DNA of 64,000 bases, from the NCBI GenBank assembly GCA_018650645.1, contig JABIFP010000027.1, positions 24,379 through 88,378 on the forward strand. Direction: 5' to 3'. Positions within the stretch are counted from its first letter, which is position 1. Every line of letters starts with the position of its first letter. Positions 56,582-64,000 of the stretch are shown here, piece by piece. A model generated the notes under the pieces. That model did not search any database. It was not told where the DNA came from and saw nothing but the letters and a program-made list of their open reading frames with translations. Source of the stretch: Candidatus Magasanikiibacteriota bacterium. GTDB lineage: Bacteria > Patescibacteriota > Patescibacteriia > Magasanikbacterales > UBA922. The position numbers and the translations under genes are program-made.

Positions 56582-58579
56582 CTACTCGTCAAGCAATCTA
56601 TAGGCTGCCCACCACCGGTAAAATCGATCACCAATAGGCACCGCAGAAATTGATCCTCCCTCTCCTTCTTCAACCAAAATAGCAATGGCAATCTCAGGAT
56701 TATCAAACGGAGCAAACGATGTAAACCAGGCATGATTTTCTTTATTCCTATTCCACTGTGCTGTCCCTGTTTTCCCTGCTACAGGAATCGCCACGCTATT
56801 TAGTCGCCTACATGAACCATATGTAACACAATCTCTCATACCGAGTCGAACTGTCTGCAAATGCTCATCATGTATTGGCACTGTTCTTTTGACTTCAGCT
56901 ACCATTGGGTATTCGTCTCCCGTGACTGGATTAACAAGCGCCTCTAAAACTTGTGGAGCATACACCGTGCCACCGTTCGCAATGCTCGCGGTAACAGAAG
57001 CCATCTGCAAAGGTGTCACTAGCAAATCACCCTGCCCAATGGACAAATTATATGTATCCCCTACATACCAGCGCTCTCCTTTTTTCTCTTCTTTCCACGC
57101 TTTAGACGGCACATTTCCAGATCGTTCTCCTGGCAAATCAATGCCAAGCTCCTCAGCTAATCCAAAAGCTTCTATATATATTTTGATTTTTGCAACTCCC
57201 ATTCCTACAAAATCGCCATACCCGCCACCAATCATGTAATAAAACGTGTTAACAGAGTTTGCAATTGATTTTCTCACATCAGTTCTGCCGTGACCACCTG
57301 GTTGCCAGTCCGGAAAAAACCACTGACCAATCGCCAACCCACCAGTACTTATAAAAGTAGTCGAGCGAGTAATTATGTTCTCTTGTAGTGCGCCAGCAGC
57401 AATTGCAGGCTTTATAACTGAACCTGAAGGATACGTTCCACCAATCGCTCTATGAAAAAGTGGCCGATTTTCGTCCTCAATATATTGTTTGTATGTATCT
57501 CTATCAATTCCACCAGAAAATTCATTATTGTCGTACGTTGGAAGCGAAACAAGAGCGCGGATTTTTCCGTCTCTTGGATCAATCGCAACAGCGGCAGCTC
57601 GTGCAAGCCCTCTTCTATCGAGTTCTTCTTGCATAAAACGCTGTAAGGCAGCCTGAATCTGCAGGTCAATAGCTAAGCGCATTTGCAAGCCCGGCACAGG
57701 TGCTTCTTCTGAAAGCACGAGCTGTTTTCTTCCCATAGAATCCACCTCAACTCGGCGACGCCCATAGGTACCGCGCAGTTGCTGCTCGTATTGATACTCC
57801 ACTCCTGTTTTTCCTAAAGAGTCTGACGGAAGATATCCCTTATCATAGAGCTCATCGAGTTCCTCACGATTTAGTTTTCCCATATATCCAAGCATATGAG
57901 AAATTGAATCTACTGATGAAGTAACTCCCGTAATCACATCTTCAACCTCGTGCAAATATAAACGTTTTGAACCTTGCGCAATGGTAATTCCCGGTAAATC
58001 AGCGGCATCAATGTGAATTCTGAGCGCCTGATCATAATCAATATCTTCACGAAGGGTGATCGATTCGTAACTATACGCACCAAATTCATCAAGCGTATCG
58101 CTGAGTGACTCGGTGTCCTGTAATGTAATCTCTGAAAGCCTCGTAATTACTTCATCTCTGCTTGGCCCTACAGTATTACGAGATGTTTTTCTTGGCAGAT
58201 CTTGCGGCACAAGAGTAAGAGAAAAGTTTGGTACATTTTGCGTCAAAAGTTCTCCATTTCTGTCATAAATAAGCCCACGCTCTGCAACAATTGGAATTGT
58301 TCTCTGGCGATTTCTTTCTGCTCTTGCAAAATACCAATCACCTTCAACTATTTGCACCTGTGTAAGTCGACCTAGAATGCCTACAAAACAAAGAATAATT
58401 ATGATAAAAAAGATTCGTGCACGAGAAGATGAAAAACTTGAATCAATATACGATTTACGCTCTGCTTTTGCGCTTCCGCCACCAAAAAGAATCTCCTGAT
58501 CAACAGAATATCTATCCTCAGAAGAAATATCTTCAGAGAATAGCGCTCCCCCATCCAGTTGTGAAAATGGATCATTCAT
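56582..58579 (-). CDS. mrdA: Penicillin-binding protein 2
   Basis: RGLIYDRNG, GKTGVE..YE, YPSGSVIK (SxxK), SVN (SxN), KTGTAQ; follows mreBCD; start at ATG 58579. Confidence 0.94.
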   Translation of the reverse strand: MNDPFSQLDGGALFSEDISSEDRYSVDQEILFGGGSAKAERKSYIDSSFSSSRARIFFIIIILCFVGILGRLTQVQIVEGDWYFARAERNRQRTIPIVAERGLIYDRNGELLTQNVPNFSLTLVPQDLPRKTSRNTVGPSRDEVITRLSEITLQDTESLSDTLDEFGAYSYESITLREDIDYDQALRIHIDAADLPGITIAQGSKRLYLHEVEDVITGVTSSVDSISHMLGYMGKLNREELDELYDKGYLPSDSLGKTGVEYQYEQQLRGTYGRRRVEVDSMGRKQLVLSEEAPVPGLQMRLAIDLQIQAALQRFMQEELDRRGLARAAAVAIDPRDGKIRALVSLPTYDNNEFSGGIDRDTYKQYIEDENRPLFHRAIGGTYPSGSVIKPAIAAGALQENIITRSTTFISTGGLAIGQWFFPDWQPGGHGRTDVRKSIANSVNTFYYMIGGGYGDFVGMGVAKIKIYIEAFGLAEELGIDLPGERSGNVPSKAWKEEKKGERWYVGDTYNLSIGQGDLLVTPLQMASVTASIANGGTVYAPQVLEALVNPVTGDEYPMVAEVKRTVPIHDEHLQTVRLGMRDCVTYGSCRRLNSVAIPVAGKTGTAQWNRNKENHAWFTSFAPFDNPEIAIAILVEEGEGGSISAVPIGDRFYRWWAAYRLLDE

Positions 58580-59099
58580 ATGTGGAATACAATCGTTTTG
58601 TCGTATAAAGCGGTGTTTTTGCCATAAGCCACTGAAGGCCCAGTGAAATACCGCTCGCACCAACAATACTATACCCCACAAAGCTAAATAATCGGCTTAC
58701 ATCGGGAAACAAGACCTCTCCGAGTAGTGCTGACGTAATAAGCAGAAGTGCAAATTTACTCACTGTAATAACCGTGGCTACCAGGATAACTCCATGCCAC
58801 ACTTGATTTGTTACCACATATGCATGTAACCAGTATCCGAGTAAAATAGAAAGGGTTCCCGCAAGCAGGTAGACGCCAAATGTTCCTCCTGAAATTGCTT
58901 CCAGTAAAAAATACCCTATAGCTCCATACCAAACAACAGCACCGCGCTCTGCCGACACAATATATACCACTGCAGCAATCGTAAAGACATCGATTGTTAC
59001 CAATGGATACGGCAGCGTATACTGAAAAAACAAATGCAAAAGCAATAGTCCTATAGTAAGCACAAGTGCAACAGAGGTTCTAATGAGTAGTGCAATCAT
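58572..59099 (-). CDS. mreD: Rod shape-determining protein MreD
   Basis: Hydrophobic multi-TM protein between mreC and mrdA. Confidence 0.75.
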   Translation of the reverse strand: MIALLIRTSVALVLTIGLLLLHLFFQYTLPYPLVTIDVFTIAAVVYIVSAERGAVVWYGAIGYFLLEAISGGTFGVYLLAGTLSILLGYWLHAYVVTNQVWHGVILVATVITVSKFALLLITSALLGEVLFPDVSRLFSFVGYSIVGASGISLGLQWLMAKTPLYTTKRLYSTYE

Positions 59100-59100
59100 A

Positions 59101-59907
59101 CTATGGAATTAACACAGATACGATGCGCAATTTATCAAGATTTACAAGCGAAGTAATTTGCGCAACTTGAAACGGCTGATAGGGCTCACGCTCAATTTGA
59201 GAAACGGTACCTATTGGTAATCCATATGGAATTGATTCTTGTAACCCGCTCGTTATCATGATGTCACCGATATCAACTCGCTCATTCTGCGGAATAAAAT
59301 TCATCTGCATACTAATACCATGCTGTCCCTCCAAAATTCCGATACTCTTATCTTGGGAATGGAGCGTGGCCGCAATTCTACTTTGATTATCATTAAGAAG
59401 ACGCACAACAGCACTTCCCCTTCTACTCTCTGCAACAGTACCAATAAATACTCCCTCGCCAGAAATTACAGGGTATCCTATTCGCACACCATGCTCATCT
59501 CCAACATTCACCACAACCGTGCTTCCAAGAGGATCAACTCGCTTACCAACAACTTCTGCACCGATATATACAGCAGTGGAACTTGCCGTAAATTTCAACT
59601 GGCTGCGAAGGGTTCTATTTTCTTCTTGCAATGATAAAAGCTGGGATCTATCAACCATGAGCGCCAGATGCCGCTTTCGTAAATCTGCATATGCCTGTTC
59701 AAGCGACTCGACTGATTCAAATTTTTCTACATTGTCTTCCGCCCCTACTGACCAGCTATACAATGTATCACTTGCAGGAATAAACAGTCCGCGAACATGT
59801 TGTTCAATCGAAGAAAGCCAACCGAGGCCATGAAAAATAATCACGAGGACAAGTACCGCCGTGATTGAGAGAAATATCTTTTTTTTGGGTTTACCTCGCA
59901 TAGGCAC
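59101..59907 (-). CDS. mreC: Rod shape-determining protein MreC
   Basis: TM helix, EENRTLRSQL coiled coil, GDIMITSG...PYGLPIGTV. Confidence 0.92.
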   Translation of the reverse strand: MPMRGKPKKKIFLSITAVLVLVIIFHGLGWLSSIEQHVRGLFIPASDTLYSWSVGAEDNVEKFESVESLEQAYADLRKRHLALMVDRSQLLSLQEENRTLRSQLKFTASSTAVYIGAEVVGKRVDPLGSTVVVNVGDEHGVRIGYPVISGEGVFIGTVAESRRGSAVVRLLNDNQSRIAATLHSQDKSIGILEGQHGISMQMNFIPQNERVDIGDIMITSGLQESIPYGLPIGTVSQIEREPYQPFQVAQITSLVNLDKLRIVSVLIP

Positions 59908-59909
59908 TA

Positions 59910-60953
59910 CTATCTAGAACGTGCTGAAGGAAGCTTTACTTCGTGTAATAGCGCATCATCTTCTAGCAAAATACCTGTACCACGCACAACAGCAGTAAGC
60001 GGATCGTCAGCAATACGAACTGGAATTTCTGCTGCCTCTGAAATAACTTGATCTAAACCACGCAGTAGTGATCCACCACCTGTAAGTAATACTCCCCGTT
60101 CGTGAATATCACCAGTGAGTTCTGGCGGGGTAATTTCTAATGTCATTTTCACCAAATTGATAATCGAGCGAACAGTACGCTCAAGCGCCTCTCTAATATG
60201 CTGATCACTCACCATAATTTCTTTTGGTAAGCCCGTAATCACATCTCTTCCACGCATAGGAAATTCCATCGGCGTTCCCATATCAATCGCAGAACCAACA
60301 CGAAGTTTTATTTGCTCAGCATGACTTTCCCCAACAAGAAGATTAAATACCTCACGTGCATACTGAATAATATTTTTATTCATCTCGTCACCAGCAAAAT
60401 GAGAAGTTTTCCATGTTACTACTCCACTAAGCGAAATAACTGCTACTTGTGTTGTACCACCACCGATATCTACAATCATATTTCCAATTGGCTCTTGAAT
60501 TGGCATTCTTGCACCGATTGCAGCCGCCATTGGTTCTTGCACAACAAGCACTTCTCTTGCTCCAGCCGCAATGACACCATCTTCAACTGCCTTCGCTTCT
60601 ACTTCTGTTACACCAAGCGGAACAGACACCACAACGCGTGGTCTTGTTACAAATGACACTCCTCCTTCGTGTACTTTTTCAATAAAATATTTGATCATTT
60701 TTTCTGCAACCTCGTAATCTGAAATAATCCCGTTCGTAAGCGGACGAGATACAAGAATATGCGGTGGTGTTTTCCCAAGCATGTGTTTTGCTTCTGAACC
60801 AACAGCAATAATTTGACCGGATCGTTTGTTGATAGCAACCACCGTAGGTTCATCAATCACAATCCCTTTTTCAGGTACGTACACCAAAGTATTGGCGGTA
60901 CCAAGATCCATACCCATGTCTTTGCTGAATTTCTTGAAAACTGATTTTAGCAT
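59910..60953 (-). CDS. mreB: Actin-like MreB
   Basis: DLGTANTLVY, EPMAAAIGA, VDIGGGTT, LTGGGSLL. Confidence 0.97.
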   Translation of the reverse strand: MLKSVFKKFSKDMGMDLGTANTLVYVPEKGIVIDEPTVVAINKRSGQIIAVGSEAKHMLGKTPPHILVSRPLTNGIISDYEVAEKMIKYFIEKVHEGGVSFVTRPRVVVSVPLGVTEVEAKAVEDGVIAAGAREVLVVQEPMAAAIGARMPIQEPIGNMIVDIGGGTTQVAVISLSGVVTWKTSHFAGDEMNKNIIQYAREVFNLLVGESHAEQIKLRVGSAIDMGTPMEFPMRGRDVITGLPKEIMVSDQHIREALERTVRSIINLVKMTLEITPPELTGDIHERGVLLTGGGSLLRGLDQVISEAAEIPVRIADDPLTAVVRGTGILLEDDALLHEVKLPSARSR

Positions 60954-60956
60954 AGC

Positions 60957-62207
60957 CTATTCCGTGAGAGCGCTAATAAGTGCTGACAGGCTTACCATGG
61001 TTGCTTCTTCTGCTGTACGTGCTTTAAGCTCAACTTCTTCATTTTTGAGTGTCCGTCCACTGATAACAACTCTCTGCGGAATCCCAATCAAATCAGCATC
61101 TGCAAATTTTTGCCCCGCTCGCGCATCTCTATCATCATATAGTACTTCGATTCCTGCAGCCTTCAGCTCTTTATATAAGGCATCTGCTTTTGCTGCATCT
61201 GCTTCATCAGAACACAAAGAAACGAGGTGAACATCGTATGGAGCAATTGATTTTGGCCATACCATACCCTTTTCATCAGAAAAGTGCTCTACAGCAACTC
61301 CCATGAGCCTCGTAATTCCAATTCCATATGATCCTAAATGCACTGGCACTTGATTTCCTTCTGCATCTGTAAAAAAGAGACCGAGTTCCTCACATTTTTT
61401 TGTTCCAAAGTTGAAAATATTTCCTACCTCTGCAGTTTTTACTTTTTCTAGTTCATCTGCAGTAACACCTAACTCTGTAAGTGTTTTTTCATTCATCACT
61501 TCTTCATTAATCGCAATATTTTTTTCTCTATTGATATAAATCACGTCTTCTCCGGCATCTGTAATTGTCTGAAATTCATGACTGAATTCAGTAAATGCTC
61601 CACCAGAAGCAAACGTGACAAATGTGTCGTCACCAAGCCCGACTCGCTCAAACACTCTGTTGTATGCCGCAATCGTTTCATCATAAAACGCCTGATGCTG
61701 CACTGGATCAATGGTATACGAATACATGTCTTTCATGACAAATTCGCGTCCTCGCATAATACCACTTTTAGCACGTAACTCATTTCTCAGTTTTGTTTGG
61801 AATTGATATACAAATGCAGGCAAATCTTTGTAGCTATGGATATATTCTTTCATCATCTGCGTAATCGGCTCTTCATGAGACCAACCAAAACCTACCTCTG
61901 TTCCATTTTTTAGCTCTGACTTAAACCAGACATCAACATTCTCATCACTCCATCTATCTGTCACTTCCCAGAGCTCTTTTTTTTGCAGCGATGTCATAAT
62001 AAGCTCTTGCCCACCAACAGCATCCATTTCTTCTCTTACGATTTGCTTAATCCGCTCAATAACTCTAAGCCCTAATGGTAAGTAACTATATACACCTGCC
62101 ATTTCCTTATTAATAAATCCGGCTTGCAATAACAGTCGTGCATTATTTGCAACTTCATCTTTTGGCGCAGTTTTCTTTGTCTTGGTAAATAATAGTGATT
62201 GTCTCAT
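60957..62207 (-). CDS. proS: Proline--tRNA ligase, short form lacking the editing domain
   Basis: GVYSYLPLG, SHEE, RNELRAKSGIMRGREFVMKD, EVGNIF, SYGIG, KFADADLIGIP. Confidence 0.95.
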   Translation of the reverse strand: MRQSLLFTKTKKTAPKDEVANNARLLLQAGFINKEMAGVYSYLPLGLRVIERIKQIVREEMDAVGGQELIMTSLQKKELWEVTDRWSDENVDVWFKSELKNGTEVGFGWSHEEPITQMMKEYIHSYKDLPAFVYQFQTKLRNELRAKSGIMRGREFVMKDMYSYTIDPVQHQAFYDETIAAYNRVFERVGLGDDTFVTFASGGAFTEFSHEFQTITDAGEDVIYINREKNIAINEEVMNEKTLTELGVTADELEKVKTAEVGNIFNFGTKKCEELGLFFTDAEGNQVPVHLGSYGIGITRLMGVAVEHFSDEKGMVWPKSIAPYDVHLVSLCSDEADAAKADALYKELKAAGIEVLYDDRDARAGQKFADADLIGIPQRVVISGRTLKNEEVELKARTAEEATMVSLSALISALTE

Positions 62208-62222
62208 ACATGCATTATTTCA

Positions 62223-62621
62223 TTATCTATTCGTTTTCCCCTTTGTTCCAAGTCGAAGTGATAATCGAAACAGAACAAAAAAGACAACTATCGCAAGGAA
62301 AATAGTGAAGTTCCAAATATGAAGGATTCCTTTTGCGAATAAGAGAAGGAGCAGAACTATCAGCACAGATATTCCCGTTGATAACGCAACAGAACGCTGC
62401 ACTATTCTAAAGATTGGCTCTTTGGGGTGCATCCTAGACTGAATAAAGAACATTAATAGAGATCCGAGTCCAACTAGGAACATGAGCAGACTCGTGTAAA
62501 AAAACACAAACCCAAGGCCCGTATCGGTTGTAGGGTCTACATTGAACAAAATAAATAACCAGGCAATAAAACAGAACCCTGTCCCAAGAGAAATAATTGT
62601 AAGAAATTGTCTTACGGTCAT
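62223..62621 (-). CDS. Conserved four-TM hypothetical membrane protein
   Basis: Four hydrophobic helices, NVDP loop. Confidence 0.75.
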   Translation of the reverse strand: MTVRQFLTIISLGTGFCFIAWLFILFNVDPTTDTGLGFVFFYTSLLMFLVGLGSLLMFFIQSRMHPKEPIFRIVQRSVALSTGISVLIVLLLLLFAKGILHIWNFTIFLAIVVFFVLFRLSLRLGTKGKTNR

Positions 62622-62622
62622 A

Positions 62623-62925
62623 CTATGCAAGATATCGAATGCGATCAACTTCCGCTTTCCCTAGCGCTTTATTGATCTTCTTTACGATAGAACTTTGATT
62701 CAAACGAATCTCTTGTGCCACTGCTGAGCTTGAACATGTCACAGTAAGCGTTCTATTTTTGAGAAATAGTGGCTTAATGTGCATACGCATCTTTTCGTCA
62801 AAGATACTATCAAACACTGCTTGAGCAGCATCAAGAACCTCTTGGGACTCTAATTGTCCCGCAAGGGTACTGTCCTTTTGCATTTTTCCGTGGAGTGTAT
62901 CTCCAATTGGCGTAAATGAGCCCAT
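62623..62925 (-). CDS. DciA/DUF721 family protein
   Basis: LKNRTLTVTCSSSAVAQEIRL...KKIN..LG...VDRIRY. Confidence 0.75.
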   Translation of the reverse strand: MGSFTPIGDTLHGKMQKDSTLAGQLESQEVLDAAQAVFDSIFDEKMRMHIKPLFLKNRTLTVTCSSSAVAQEIRLNQSSIVKKINKALGKAEVDRIRYLA

Positions 62926-62980
62926 AGGCACGAAGGGTTAATACATATATATGCTATCACGGCGAGCGTCATTTGCCTAG

Positions 62981-64000
62981 TCAGGCTGCGCGAAATGAGC
63001 AAATATCTCTAAAATCACAAAATCCACAATTCCTTTGGCTAGGTGTAGCTGAGAATTCTCTTCCTTGAATTCCGCCAAGCACTTCCCCAATATTATCTCT
63101 CATTTTCTCAAGCTCTGTATCCTTTCCAAGAAAAGATACCTTTGTATTATCATTTAAATAATAGAACGTAAGTTTTGACACAGGGCCGACATGCCGGAAC
63201 TCTGGAAGCGACTGTGCCGCATGCTGATACAAGAGTAACTGTAACTTATCGTCAGCCGAAAGCTTTTCTTTTGGTGTTCCCGTTTTATAATCAATTATTT
63301 CAAGTGATCCATCCGGCAATTGATCAATCCTATCGATTCTTCCGTGCATAGTATTTCCCTGAACATCGACGCTAAACCAGGCTTCTATTGCAAGAGGAAC
63401 TTGCCAGTCATCTTTATGCGATTCGTAAAATGCCTTTATACTTGCAAGTCCAAGCGCATAGTACTCCTTTTTATTTGCTGCCGATTCATACCAGTCATGA
63501 ATAAAACATCTCTTATATAATTCGAGGAGTTTATCAAGCGACATAACAATTAGCCCATCCGTTTCCTTCTTGACCGGCGCCTCAAATAAACTGCCCTGTG
63601 CCGCACTATTCGCTTCCAGCATGTGCTCGTAAAACTTTTGCAGCGTAAGATGCATTGACTGACCATAGCTAAACCGTGCATTTCCGCGAGTAGGAATTTT
63701 TAATATACTCCCAAGCTTATATTGATACGGACACGACTGATATGACCGTACTTGCGAAAATGAAAATTTCTTTGGGAGCTGATATAACACCTCTTGAGCT
63801 GGCTGCGTAAACGATGATTCCTGATTCTCTGTAAAGTTTTTCACAGAAACAGCCTCTTCATCAGTAAAGCCAATCTCTGAAAGAAATCTACTGAGTTTCT
63901 TCTTCCTTTTTCCTCCATAGTCTGATGAACTCACAAAATACAGTCGTTTTTTTGCGCGTGTACACCCAACATAAAAAAGTCTACGTTCTTCTTCAATATG
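62981..64000 (-). CDS. C-terminal part of a UvrD-type helicase fused to a PD-(D/E)XK nuclease (AdnB/AddA-like); 5' end outside the window
   Basis: Frame is open to the window edge with helicase motif VI EERRLFYVGCTRAK; SFSQ..SCPY, GRIDRID, IIDYKTG, QLLLY, CGFCDFRDIC. Confidence 0.9.
   Translation of the reverse strand, partial: HIEEERRLFYVGCTRAKKRLYFVSSSDYGGKRKKKLSRFLSEIGFTDEEAVSVKNFTENQESSFTQPAQEVLYQLPKKFSFSQVRSYQSCPYQYKLGSILKIPTRGNARFSYGQSMHLTLQKFYEHMLEANSAAQGSLFEAPVKKETDGLIVMSLDKLLELYKRCFIHDWYESAANKKEYYALGLASIKAFYESHKDDWQVPLAIEAWFSVDVQGNTMHGRIDRIDQLPDGSLEIIDYKTGTPKEKLSADDKLQLLLYQHAAQSLPEFRHVGPVSKLTFYYLNDNTKVSFLGKDTELEKMRDNIGEVLGGIQGREFSATPSQRNCGFCDFRDICSFRAA

Noticed and set aside
60957-62207. 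Short ProRS as a pseudogene
   Set aside because: Catalytic and anticodon-binding motifs are present; ProRS without the editing insertion is a known form.
1-64000. Alternative genetic code (UGA=Gly, as in Gracilibacteria)
   Set aside because: Conserved genes are full length under the standard code and several end at TGA (for example 48682 and 62981).

Overview
A 64-kb piece of a compact, low-GC bacterial chromosome using the standard genetic code. Gene content and style suggest Patescibacteria/CPR; this is an inference, not a tested assignment. Most of it is housekeeping: cell wall and division (murE, ftsB-like, ftsEX, murF, femAB-like, ftsQ, mreBCD-mrdA), dnaE, four aminoacyl-tRNA synthetases, rplJL with its L10 leader, clpB under a CIRCE operator, a SUF Fe-S cluster with ferredoxins, an RND pump and thiol-redox genes. 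Coding is mostly on + up to 23.7 kb and mostly on - after 24.5 kb. The ~0.8-kb gene-free gap at the switch holds a near-palindromic 28-bp dif-like site, so the window probably spans the replication terminus. The main unusual features are: (1) two tRNA genes (Gln, Glu) each followed by a 135-158 bp structured unit with an antisense T-arm copy and an exact duplicate of the tRNA 3' end, a candidate undescribed tRNA-targeting mini-element or RNA family; (2) tRNA-Asn split inside its anticodon (35/36) by a 350-nt group I intron; (3) six isolated GC-rich orphan genes, each with promoter-like and terminator-like signals but no mobility gene; (4) a bacterial Translin/TRAX homologue with its acidic catalytic motifs; (5) signs of leaderless mRNAs. 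All calls were made by eye from the sequence and the supplied ORF track; no database searches were run.
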